IMG/VR virus record: IMGVR_UViG_2565956946_000004
Source: an uncultured virus (IMG/VR IMGVR_UViG_2565956946_000004)
Taxonomy: Duplodnaviria; Heunggongvirae; Uroviricota; Caudoviricetes
Length of the DNA: 64,000 bases
Strand: one strand, 5' to 3'
Notes under the pieces: generated by a model
What the model was told of the DNA's origin: nothing
The model's database searches: none
What the model saw: the letters and a program-made list of their open reading frames with translations, nothing else
Part shown: positions 31,895 through 40,278 of the stretch, one piece after another
Numbering within the stretch: the first letter of the stretch is position 1
Layout: every line of letters starts with the position of its first letter
Made by a program: the position numbers and the translations under genes

Positions 31895-31976
31895 TTATGG
31901 CTATCAAACCGCATCTATTTAAACCCCTACTGTCGCTTAATAAAATGACCATACCGAAACAAACAATGAGTATTCA

Positions 31977-32576
31977 ATGAATAATCGTATAGAAATAGTG
32001 CCATTCGTCGATACAGCAATTTACCCTGTTGAAGCTTCTGCTCAAGGGGACAATGCTTTTTACCTTGAATATTGTGGCGCTTCTGGTTATCGCCCAGCTT
32101 ATGCTTCGTGCTTAAATCGCATACGCGAGATAGAGGCGGGTAAATTGCTTCCATCTGTTGAGTCTGGTTGCTCAGCTGCAATATGCAATAAAGTTTGTCA
32201 GGCGTTGACTATGCGCCAAGAAGAGAAGCGGAATGGTGCAGCGATCTACTACATCAACCGAGTTAAGATGCGCCAGAACGTGCGTCACAACGCAGCTCAA
32301 TACGGTATTAAAATTTCCGATATCGTAATTAAAAACGACATTAAAAAGCCAACTCTTACGCCGTCAGAGCCAGTAAATACATTCGAAGTTGGTTCGATTG
32401 CAGACGCCATAAATAGTCGCATTGCTAAGGAAATGAAGTCGGAAAATCAACAATCCGCTTTAAATTCCACTGAGAAACCTTTATCATCACATAAAGATCA
32501 GTCAGTACTGACTGTTAAAAAAGGTATGTCATTAATAGATATTGCCAAAGCAAAGCGACAACAATTAAGTGTTTGA
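31977..32576 (+). CDS. Hypothetical Cys-containing protein
   Basis: 199-aa ORF; carries an internal operator copy near its 3' end. Confidence 0.7.
   Translation: MNNRIEIVPFVDTAIYPVEASAQGDNAFYLEYCGASGYRPAYASCLNRIREIEAGKLLPSVESGCSAAICNKVCQALTMRQEEKRNGAAIYYINRVKMRQNVRHNAAQYGIKISDIVIKNDIKKPTLTPSEPVNTFEVGSIADAINSRIAKEMKSENQQSALNSTEKPLSSHKDQSVLTVKKGMSLIDIAKAKRQQLSV
32498..32515. promoter_or_regulatory. Operator TCAGTCA-GTAC-TGACTGT (intragenic, upstream of the ligase block)
   Basis: Perfect core motif. Confidence 0.75.
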
Positions 32577-32596
32577 GTATTAGTGGTAGGTAATTT

Positions 32597-32854
32597 ATGA
32601 CTGATTTATATCAAATATTAAGTTGCCAAGTTGCTGAGGTTAAGCGAACTAAAGGCGCAACACGAAAAGACATCATTAACGCCCTTAAAAAATTGATGGG
32701 TGATGAGTTGGGTAACTTTGCTGCGGCGAAGCATTTAGACGATGAGCAAATCAGAGCAATGGTTGCTGATTTAGCAAGTGGCGTTGAGCTGATAGCTCAG
32801 CAAAGAGTTTCAAATATAGAGCGCATTGAGCGTGATTATCTGGCCCGTTTATAA
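32597..32854 (+). CDS. Hypothetical protein (85 aa)
   Basis: ORF with RBS; followed by GGCCCGTT-TAT-AACGGGCC hairpin. Confidence 0.65.
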   Translation: MTDLYQILSCQVAEVKRTKGATRKDIINALKKLMGDELGNFAAAKHLDDEQIRAMVADLASGVELIAQQRVSNIERIERDYLARL

Positions 32855-32882
32855 CGGGCCAATGTAAAAATTGGAGTAACAA

Positions 32883-34286
32883 ATGGCAACTTTGGAGCCA
32901 GTCTTAACACAAACATTCAATAGCGACCTTGTGTGTCAGGCGCTCAATGAAATAGCTCAAGAGAGTTCTAAAAATAAAAAACTGGAAATGGTGAGCCACT
33001 ACATAAGCAATCCTTTATTTAAAGAAGTGTGTTCACTTGCTTATAACCCATTCCGCATATTTGGTATTCTCCCGGATAAAGATGCAAAGGGCACTGGTGA
33101 GCTATGGTTTGACGAAGCGGATACTTTAGAAATCATATACGCACTAGAAAAACGTGAACTTACAGGCAATGCAGCTCGCGAAGCGGTTCGTTGTCAGCTG
33201 GCTCAATTGAGCGAAAAGTCAGGCGATCTATTTATTCGAATTTTGCGTAAAGACTTACGCGCAGGCTTTAGTGAATCAACAATCAATAAAGCATGCAAAG
33301 GCTTAATTCCTGAATTTCCATATCAACGTTGTTCTTTGCCTAAAGATGCAAAATTTGATACGTGGACATGGGGCAAAGGCGTTTTCTCACAAGAGAAAGC
33401 AGACGGCATGTACGCGAACGGAAATAAACGTGCAAATGAACTACTTTCATTTGTCTCTCGTCAAGGCTCTCAATTCCCTATGGATGAGTTTAAAGACATC
33501 GTAGAAGAAGCGGAGCTTTTACTTCAGCCTAACTTCCAGTATCACGGCGAGCTACTTGTCGAGCGTGATGGTGTAGAGCTTCCACGAGAGATTGGCAATG
33601 GCATTCTTAATAGCGTCTTGAAGGGCGGTAAATTTGCCGAGAATGAGCGTCCAATTTATAAAGTGTGGGATTTCATCCCTTTTGAGGCGGTAGTGCCAAA
33701 AGGGGTATTTAAGGCGCCATACGCTAATCGTTTTCGCGCACTGTTTAACATGGTTAAGGGCGGTAAATACATTCGCATCATCGAGACCCGTATTGTAAAT
33801 AGCCTAAGCGAAGCATATAAGCACTGTGAAGAGAAGCTGCTATTAGGAAAAGAAGGCACGGTTATTAAAAACTCAACAGCAATTTGGAAAGACGGCACAA
33901 GTAAAGAACAAATCAAATTAAAGCTTGAGGCTGACTGTGAGTTAGAAGTCGTGGGTATCAATGAAGGCAAGGCTGGATCGAAAAATGAAGGAAGGGCAGG
34001 GGCATTAAGTTGCAAGTCAGCGTGCGGTCAATTAATTGTCGACGTCGCCGTTAAAAATGAAAAATTACGTGACGAATTGGACGCAAACCCGGAAGACTGG
34101 ATTGGTCGAATCATTACTGTGCGTTCGAACACGATTCTAAAACCTTCAGCGAGCAGTCCTAATTATTCGTTGTTTTTGCCACGCATGGTTGAAGACTGTT
34201 ATCGCTTAGACAAAACGGTTGCAGACGATCTAGCGCGCATTTATGAGCAATTTGATAACGCGATTAAAAACGTACAGGTAGGTTAA
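32883..34286 (+). CDS. lig: ATP-dependent DNA ligase
   Basis: EKADG adenylation motif, YHGEL, VWDF, EGTVIKN, KLK, LFLPR. Confidence 0.9.
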   Translation: MATLEPVLTQTFNSDLVCQALNEIAQESSKNKKLEMVSHYISNPLFKEVCSLAYNPFRIFGILPDKDAKGTGELWFDEADTLEIIYALEKRELTGNAAREAVRCQLAQLSEKSGDLFIRILRKDLRAGFSESTINKACKGLIPEFPYQRCSLPKDAKFDTWTWGKGVFSQEKADGMYANGNKRANELLSFVSRQGSQFPMDEFKDIVEEAELLLQPNFQYHGELLVERDGVELPREIGNGILNSVLKGGKFAENERPIYKVWDFIPFEAVVPKGVFKAPYANRFRALFNMVKGGKYIRIIETRIVNSLSEAYKHCEEKLLLGKEGTVIKNSTAIWKDGTSKEQIKLKLEADCELEVVGINEGKAGSKNEGRAGALSCKSACGQLIVDVAVKNEKLRDELDANPEDWIGRIITVRSNTILKPSASSPNYSLFLPRMVEDCYRLDKTVADDLARIYEQFDNAIKNVQVG

Positions 34287-34291
34287 ATACA

Positions 34292-34681
34292 ATGCGAAAA
34301 ATACAAGGTAAGCATAAATCAGCGTTGTTAGTTGTTGCGGCTGCAATCTTAACAGCGGCAAGCATAGCTACTTTTGCACCATCGGCACACGCGGCAGTTT
34401 CTGCCCGTGCGTCGGTATCTTCTGCGCGATCTGTTTCGGTTTCACGCCCTTCGGCAATTCGCTCAATATCTACAACGCCAGTGAGAACAAGCTATAAGCC
34501 GACCGTTAGCAAGCCAGTAGTAACGAAGCCAACGACACCCGCTCGCACATCATATGTAAGCAGCTCGGCGGCAAAGAAAAAGCGCTCTACTGGCCCTGAA
34601 TATGAATATTACGCTTGGGGCGACTGTGCGCCTTATTCAAATTTAAACTTTAGAGGCTGGAAATGCCTAGACCGCGATTAA
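34292..34681 (+). CDS. Putative exported low-complexity protein
   Basis: Signal peptide ending AHA; Ser/Arg/Thr/Pro-rich body; C-terminal Cys pair. Confidence 0.6.
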   Translation: MRKIQGKHKSALLVVAAAILTAASIATFAPSAHAAVSARASVSSARSVSVSRPSAIRSISTTPVRTSYKPTVSKPVVTKPTTPARTSYVSSSAAKKKRSTGPEYEYYAWGDCAPYSNLNFRGWKCLDRD

Positions 34682-34684
34682 AAG

Positions 34685-35320
34685 GTGAATAAAATGATTT
34701 TAATAATTTCAGGAAAAACATGTTCGGGGAAATCGACTCTCGCGAAACACCTTATTGAGAATGGCGGTTTTGGGCGAATCGTAACTTGCACAACTCGACA
34801 ACCGCGTGAAGGCGAGAAAAATGGTGTCCATTACCACTTCTTGACCAAAGAGCAATTCAGCGATGCCATTAACAAAGACGAGTTTATTGAGTTTAACGTG
34901 CATGGTGGCGTCATGTACGGTGTGCGCAAGAAAGAGATCATTCAAGCAATAGATGCGCCGTTTGACTCTTTGATAGTGATTGAACCCGTCGGTCGTCGTA
35001 AGCTTGTAAAATATCTTCAAGGTAATCAAATGCGATATTTGTCGATCTACCTTGACATAAGCTCGGTAATACAAGCTGAACGGTTTATGAATCGCATTCA
35101 AATGGCGAGCGCTAATGAATTAACAGATTTAACTGACCGTATGGCGTCTATGTTGGAAGTTGAGCAAAACTGGCTTAAATCATCAACCACTGACGGCTCT
35201 TGTGATATGGTTTTTGCGTCGTTTAATACAGCATCCGATTTAAAGCATGTGACGGACATCATCATGCAGCATGTGATGAAAAAACCATTTGATCAAACCG
35301 AAAAGGCAAAGGCAGTTTGA
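34685..35320 (+). CDS. gmk: Guanylate kinase-like nucleotide kinase
   Basis: SGKTCSGKST P-loop; TTRQPREGEKNGVHYHF; FIE...YG. Confidence 0.85.
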   Translation: MNKMILIISGKTCSGKSTLAKHLIENGGFGRIVTCTTRQPREGEKNGVHYHFLTKEQFSDAINKDEFIEFNVHGGVMYGVRKKEIIQAIDAPFDSLIVIEPVGRRKLVKYLQGNQMRYLSIYLDISSVIQAERFMNRIQMASANELTDLTDRMASMLEVEQNWLKSSTTDGSCDMVFASFNTASDLKHVTDIIMQHVMKKPFDQTEKAKAV

Positions 35321-35399
35321 TTAGCCTAAGCAAATAATTCCAAGTTTTTCAGCACTGTCTAACTATACTAAACTCCATGTAGGCACATGGAGTTTTTTC

Positions 35400-36014
35400 A
35401 TGCTTTTAAAAGATGTTCCTGGTGTTTTGCCAAGACTTGAAAATTCATTAATTTCTAAAACAGATATGTGGACGGCAGAGGTTGATACGGTTATTCCGGC
35501 TCAATTCTTAGCTTTCCGAAAAATTATTAAATCAGACTATCCCGATGTAGATATAGACCGAGATATTAATTATTTAGTGCGTCAGGTGCAGTTTGCAGAG
35601 TTAGAAAATGTTTTAACGTCACCTTTGCGTGATTATGTCGAACCAAACGAAAACTTTTTACTCACAAGCGAATTAAAAGAAGGTTTGCAAAAATTAAGTC
35701 AGACCTATCAACATGCCTTTTTGTTCGGAATGGAAACGCACTATTCTTCTTTTCAGATAGAAACCATGTCATACCAGCAGGCGATTAAGGTTTGTCCAAA
35801 CACGGCTTTGGCCACAAGTATTATTAATTCATTAATTCCTAGCTCAAGAACGATCAATGCTTTTTGGAAAGTTGAGAATGGCCAACATGTCCCACTGGAT
35901 GACTTAGAGTCTGAAGTTTATCGTGCTTTCGGCAAAACATGGCGTGAATTGTTGTCTGGATATTCACGATTGATTACGGATGAAATTGACGTTGATTTTG
36001 TAATGTATCTATAG
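35400..36014 (+). CDS. Hypothetical protein (204 aa)
   Basis: ORF with GGAG RBS inside a hairpin, TATACT upstream. Confidence 0.7.
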   Translation: MLLKDVPGVLPRLENSLISKTDMWTAEVDTVIPAQFLAFRKIIKSDYPDVDIDRDINYLVRQVQFAELENVLTSPLRDYVEPNENFLLTSELKEGLQKLSQTYQHAFLFGMETHYSSFQIETMSYQQAIKVCPNTALATSIINSLIPSSRTINAFWKVENGQHVPLDDLESEVYRAFGKTWRELLSGYSRLITDEIDVDFVMYL

Positions 36015-36028
36015 AAATCATCTAATAA

Positions 36029-36433
36029 ATGTTAAAAATAGATCTGAACAATGAGCCTGTGGTGACTCGAATGCTTCAGATCAGATTAGACGTACTCGCT
36101 GCCGCAAGACAACTTGCTACCGCGTATTTGAACGTATTTAAAGCTGAATACTCGATGATTCAAAATCATCGAGATAACGCTATTATCGTTGAAATAAGCG
36201 CTAAAACTGACTTAGAAACGTCACCAATTGTTCGCATAAGATATGACGACAGGGGCACAACAATCACGGTGCATGTGCCTCCTGCGTATAATGCGGTTAT
36301 ACAACTCGAAGCGGATGACTACAACTTCTTTTCTTGGTGGGTAAACCGCATTTTTACAGAAGATGAATTTGTCAGAGCCAATAAAGATTTTTGGCTCAGA
36401 AGCGGGCGCATCCAGAAAAATACACTATTCTAG
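36029..36433 (+). CDS. Hypothetical protein (134 aa)
   Basis: ORF following the previous gene. Confidence 0.65.
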   Translation: MLKIDLNNEPVVTRMLQIRLDVLAAARQLATAYLNVFKAEYSMIQNHRDNAIIVEISAKTDLETSPIVRIRYDDRGTTITVHVPPAYNAVIQLEADDYNFFSWWVNRIFTEDEFVRANKDFWLRSGRIQKNTLF

Positions 36434-36544
36434 GACTATTTTGGCAATTCTATTATTATTTAGTATTTACTATTAATCATTTCTCAAAAATACATTAAAA
36501 TATTGAACTTACTCCTATAATTCATTCTGCATCTGTAGTCTTAC

Positions 36545-36606
36545 AAGGCCCTGATTATCTCAGGGCCTTTTCTTTGCATAAAAAAGCCGCCCAAAGGCGA
36601 CTTTCT
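36545..36606. terminator. Back-to-back terminators between convergent operons
   Basis: AAGGCCCTGA-TTATC-TCAGGGCCTT-TTCTTT (+) and AAAAAAGCCGCC...GGCGACTTT (-). Confidence 0.75.
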
Positions 36607-36618
36607 CAAATGGCTTTC

Positions 36619-37035
36619 TTAGACCTTGTAACCCATTTTTTTGAGAGTCTTTTCTGTACTCTCCATTAGAGCTTTAGTCACAATCTGCGTCATGTCAAGT
36701 TTTTTTGGACTATTTAACTGCTCAATAGCAACAATAAAGTTGAGTCTTAAATATAATTCCATCGGAAGGTTTGCTGAAAACTTCTTGGTTGCAAGCATCA
36801 ACTCTTCTTCAGACATTGTGGACTTTTTACGCCACGGTGCTGCGTCGTTTAGAAAGTTAGTCGCTTCAGTTGCTTTTTGTTGAACTTCAACCACTTCAGC
36901 TTCAGGTTCTTCTACTTGCGGAGCTTCAACTTTTGGCGCTAAAGGTTGAGCTGCTACAGGAGCGGAATTTAAGATAGACTCTTTAGCTTCGCGTGCTGCA
37001 CGCTGAGGCAATGGTGCATTTTTATCGTTTGCCAT
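36619..37035 (-). CDS. Partition partner protein (ParG/type Ib ParB-like, probable ribbon-helix-helix C-terminus)
   Basis: Overlaps the parA end; disordered N-terminus and KKFSANLPMELYLRL...MTQIVTKAL C-terminus. Confidence 0.65.
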   Translation of the reverse strand: MANDKNAPLPQRAAREAKESILNSAPVAAQPLAPKVEAPQVEEPEAEVVEVQQKATEATNFLNDAAPWRKKSTMSEEELMLATKKFSANLPMELYLRLNFIVAIEQLNSPKKLDMTQIVTKALMESTEKTLKKMGYKV

Positions 37036-37699
37036 TTTCAATGATCTCCTCAAGTAACTGTTCAAATTCTTTAATTGCAACTCGATTGTTTACGTCCATT
37101 TCCATTTCAGTAATGCCGACGTTGTTTCGATAAGCGCGGCTATATGGCATACGTAAACGCATAATTGTTTGAAGACGTGGGGCTTCGTTTTGAATCGCTT
37201 CAAGTGCTTTAATGGTGTCGCGTAAATCAACTGAATTATCGGCCGCAGGAGCTTGGGTAATAACAGGATGCACGACAATTGGGTTCTCGCCAGCCGGTTT
37301 GCGAACAGTGTCATTGATCAAATCAACTAAATCCAAAAGCGTATAAAGCCCTTTGAGATCTTGAGCTCCAACTTTAAGAGGCGAAACAATAACGTCCGCA
37401 GCTAAAAGAGCCGAGCGCATTTCGGCAGAGTCATATCCCGGCGTGTCAATTACGACGTAATCATATTCTTCATTTAAGCGACGAGCTTCGTCTTCGATAT
37501 TGCCTGTTAAATGAAAAAATTTACCGTTTTCTACTTCGTTTTCGGCTTCTCGTGCTTGGCTCCATTCGAAAGAGCCTTTGTTGGCATCTAGGTCAATACC
37601 GATAACAGTGTTACCTCTTTGGTGCAGCGCGGCCACAGTAGATGTGGCAAGAGTTGTTTTGCTCACGCCGCCTTTTGTATTGGCGTACACGATAATCAT
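37022..37699 (-). CDS. parA: ParA-family partition ATPase
   Basis: Deviant Walker A NTKGGVSKTT, IDLD, YDYVVIDTPG. Confidence 0.92.
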   Translation of the reverse strand: MIIVYANTKGGVSKTTLATSTVAALHQRGNTVIGIDLDANKGSFEWSQAREAENEVENGKFFHLTGNIEDEARRLNEEYDYVVIDTPGYDSAEMRSALLAADVIVSPLKVGAQDLKGLYTLLDLVDLINDTVRKPAGENPIVVHPVITQAPAADNSVDLRDTIKALEAIQNEAPRLQTIMRLRMPYSRAYRNNVGITEMEMDVNNRVAIKEFEQLLEEIIENGKR

Positions 37700-37746
37700 C
37701 AAAATTTCCTTAGTTAAGTTGGCATAAACGCCTATAAAACAGAATC

Positions 37747-37775
37747 ATTCTAGTGAATTGAATAGAAGTTGTAAA
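37747..37775 (-). promoter_or_regulatory. Sigma70-type promoter of the par operon
   Basis: TTTACA-17 bp-TAGAAT on the minus strand. Confidence 0.7.
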
Positions 37776-37846
37776 CTAGAAGCGCTGTAAGACGTGATGC
37801 TAAGTTGTAAATAAGACCATAAAGATAGTATTTAAAATACATATTG

Positions 37847-37898
37847 GTATTACCGTATTATCATATGACTATACACACACATGGTAATACGGTAATAC
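37847..37898. repeat. 18-bp inverted repeat built of GTATTACC units (candidate centromere)
   Basis: GTATTACCGTATTATCAT / ATGGTAATACGGTAATAC, one mismatch, 16-bp spacer, upstream of parA. Confidence 0.6.
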
Positions 37899-37900
37899 GC

Positions 37901-38488
37901 TTAGTCGTTTAATTTCTCGGCTATACTGCGGAGCAATTCCGGATCCGATGCAAAATATTTTTGCGTGGTCAGGATTGAGCTATGCCCCATCAATTGTTGA
38001 ATTGAATAAATATCACCGCCCTTTCTTATTAGCCTTGTGGCAAAGGAACGTCGACCGGAATGGCTGGTTGCTTGAATACCAGCCTTCTTATAACAGTTAT
38101 TAATCATGGTCACCATGCTATTTGGTGAGAATGGACCGCCCTTCTGCGATAAAAATAAAGGTGCGTCTGGATCCTTTGGTCTTTCTTTTGTTATGTATTC
38201 TTCTACCAGTGATCTAGCGATTGGATTGACCAGGAATACCTCTCGGTAGCGGTTGCCTTTAGTAATATTACCGAGCAATCGAATAATATCCTTCAGCTTA
38301 CCCTTCTTCACATCGTAAACATCGCCGACCTTTAACATTGATAATTCTTTAGCGCGAAGCCCAAGGAAGTGTGAGAAATACAAAACACATTTGTTCCGTA
38401 ATGCATTTACGCCCGTTTGAGTGGCTAAAGTAATCTCAAGATCATCTTCTGACACATATGGGGCTTTTCCAGTTGTTGTTCTTGCCAT
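37901..38488 (-). CDS. Tyrosine recombinase/resolvase (catalytic-domain only, ~195 aa)
   Basis: R (GLRAKEL), K (TKGN), HSGRR, MGH and Y (TQKY) catalytic residues. Confidence 0.9.
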   Translation of the reverse strand: MARTTTGKAPYVSEDDLEITLATQTGVNALRNKCVLYFSHFLGLRAKELSMLKVGDVYDVKKGKLKDIIRLLGNITKGNRYREVFLVNPIARSLVEEYITKERPKDPDAPLFLSQKGGPFSPNSMVTMINNCYKKAGIQATSHSGRRSFATRLIRKGGDIYSIQQLMGHSSILTTQKYFASDPELLRSIAEKLND

Positions 38489-38566
38489 AAATCGACCAAA
38501 TAATTTTTTATTACATTTTTCCAAAAACGGAAAGGATATAAAAACAGTCTACCACATGTCGAAAAA

Positions 38567-38606
38567 TAAAAAATGTAATAAAAGAAGCCTTTTATTATAT
38601 TTTTTA
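38567..38606. other. Candidate recombinase core site (lox/dif-like palindrome)
   Basis: TAAAAAATGTAATAAAAG-AAGC-CTTTTATTATATTTTTTA; a further arm copy TTTTATTACATTTTT at 38506-38520. Confidence 0.55.
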
Positions 38607-38794
38607 TGGACGAAACAACGAAAGTGCGTCATCATTCGACGTATACAGACTTTTCTGAATATGCAGCTATTTTAATGATGGATTTTAATGGATAAGCTGT
38701 GCTAAATTTGAATTTGTAACGTTTTCAAGTTTGGGAAAAAGTAAGAGGAAGTGAATATGCGAAAAGTTAGCCAAGTATTTAAAAAACATAAAAT

Positions 38795-38818
38795 AATGCC
38801 CGATCTGATTCGGGCATT
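38795..38818 (-). terminator. Intrinsic terminator of the repressor gene
   Basis: AATGCCCGA...TCGGGCATT stem flanked by A/T tracts. Confidence 0.7.
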
Positions 38819-38852
38819 TTTAGGGAAGGCAAATGAGGTATTTACACTTGTT

Positions 38853-39317
38853 TCATTTCTGAGATCTGAATGCCGATTCCTCCTTATTTTTTTGAAGCTC
38901 AGCGCGGTGCTTAATTGTCTCGCTTTCCATTTCCTTAATTACGTCAACAAACTTGTCACGAGTGTCTCCATAAAAAGAAGGGTCTTCCATAGTTACACTG
39001 CGAATAGTTTTGACGATATTAATTTCGTTAGGGGTTAATGGAGTTTGCCCAGTGATTGACTCGACAACATCAATTAAGTCCGGTGCATATTCTTTTAGAA
39101 CGCGTATAAGAAGGCGAGTAGGGTTTTCGCCTAATGCTAAAGCGGTAGGCTTGATTTTATCGATCGGTAAGCGAGTTTCACCACTCTTAATCATCGATAA
39201 AACGTTAGGGCGTTTAAAACCTATTTCCTCAGCAATCTCACGCTGGCTTTTAGGAGAATTCTCGATTAAGTCTGCGAGATATTCTGCCACGTTCATATTG
39301 TTGCGATTTTTAGCCAT
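38853..39317 (-). CDS. XRE-family HTH transcriptional regulator, probable prophage repressor
   Basis: SQREIAEEIGFKRPNVLSMIKSGETRLP HTH; RBS GGAGAGG; divergent from lytic genes with operator copies upstream. Confidence 0.8.
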   Translation of the reverse strand: MAKNRNNMNVAEYLADLIENSPKSQREIAEEIGFKRPNVLSMIKSGETRLPIDKIKPTALALGENPTRLLIRVLKEYAPDLIDVVESITGQTPLTPNEINIVKTIRSVTMEDPSFYGDTRDKFVDVIKEMESETIKHRAELQKNKEESAFRSQK

Positions 39318-39401
39318 TTGCCTCTCCAAATACAGAGTTAAATTTTTCCTATGATGAGTCGTAATTCACTTTGTAATAATCCAGAACATGAGACCAAATA
39401 T

Positions 39402-39491
39402 ATACTCAGAACTGACTGATTTTGAATTACAGCACTATTATAGGTGGTGGGGGGACTAATTTTATAGAAAAAATCAGTCACTCGTGAATTA
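39402..39491. promoter_or_regulatory. Two degenerate operators upstream of the repressor (39402-39419; 39474-39491)
   Basis: ATACTCA-GAAC-TGACTGA and TCAGTCA-CTCG-TGAATTA, one core mismatch each. Confidence 0.65.
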
Positions 39492-39627
39492 TATACGCCC
39501 AAGTTTACAAACTAGATGCAGCGAATGCAAAGTGTATTCGATTGAATGGACTAATTTTTTCCAGATTTTTTGTTATTTTTTTTAGTCAAAAAAGGAAAAA
39601 ATTACAATATGGCAATGTAGAAAGTCC

Positions 39628-39690
39628 AAAATTAACTATTTAAAATTAACCGTTTATATAAATTGTCTAAAAATTAACAGTTTATATAAA
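39628..39690. repeat. Direct repeats AAAATTAAC(C/A)GTTTATATAAA
   Basis: 21-bp copies at 39642 and 39670, partial copy at 39628. Confidence 0.65.
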
Positions 39691-39790
39691 CCCCATCAAC
39701 TTACAAAACTTCACACTGTATTAAGTTTTGTTAATTATCACATAAGGAGAATTTATGAATACGATCAACAACTGGCTTTTAAATGTTCAA

Positions 39791-39808
39791 ACAGTCACTT
39801 CTGACTGA
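39791..39808. promoter_or_regulatory. Operator ACAGTCA-CTTC-TGACTGA
   Basis: Perfect core; TATAAT at ~39840 downstream. Confidence 0.8.
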
Positions 39809-39918
39809 TTTTATTAAAAGCTTTTGAGCGAACCCAAACTATAATATACGGGGCTGAAATGATGAGACGTATATTAATAGCCTCTTCAAAATCTTGATAA
39901 ATCAGAATGGTGATTTAA

Positions 39919-40119
39919 ATGACTGTGACATTGAATGATCAATTCCAAACTGTAGACTTGGATGAACTTGCTGAAATTTTAGAAAAAACAGAAGGTGTAG
40001 AAACACTGCTAAATGACGGGTTTTACACTATAAAGCGCTATAAGCATCTGAATTTAGGGGACATTGAGGTAATTAATACCTGCGCTCCAAAAAGTATAGT
40101 TAGAGTGATAAATCCATAA
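39919..40119 (+). CDS. Small hypothetical protein (66 aa)
   Basis: First ORF of the rightward unit divergent from the repressor. Confidence 0.6.
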   Translation: MTVTLNDQFQTVDLDELAEILEKTEGVETLLNDGFYTIKRYKHLNLGDIEVINTCAPKSIVRVINP

Positions 40120-40243
40120 TTTTTATAAGAATATCATTAGTGAAGTTAGCAAGATTGAGGCGGTGATTTGTCGCCCTCTTGCTGAAGCCAAACAAAACTC
40201 TATACACCCCAACTCTAAATCGTCATAATATGATCATAAATAA

Positions 40244-40261
40244 TCAGTCATCACTGACTGA
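40244..40261. promoter_or_regulatory. Operator TCAGTCA-TCAC-TGACTGA
   Basis: Perfect palindrome between a -10-like box and the RBS of the vWA gene. Confidence 0.85.
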
Positions 40262-40278
40262 ATCGCTAAGGATCTATT

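Noticed and set aside
36500..36575. Possible small RNA between TATAAT (36516) and the terminator
   Set aside because: No convincing -35 box; the terminator is explained by the upstream operon
39330..39920. tRNA or known ncRNA in the long intergenic region
   Set aside because: No cloverleaf or T-loop motif found by eye; a covariance-model search would be needed
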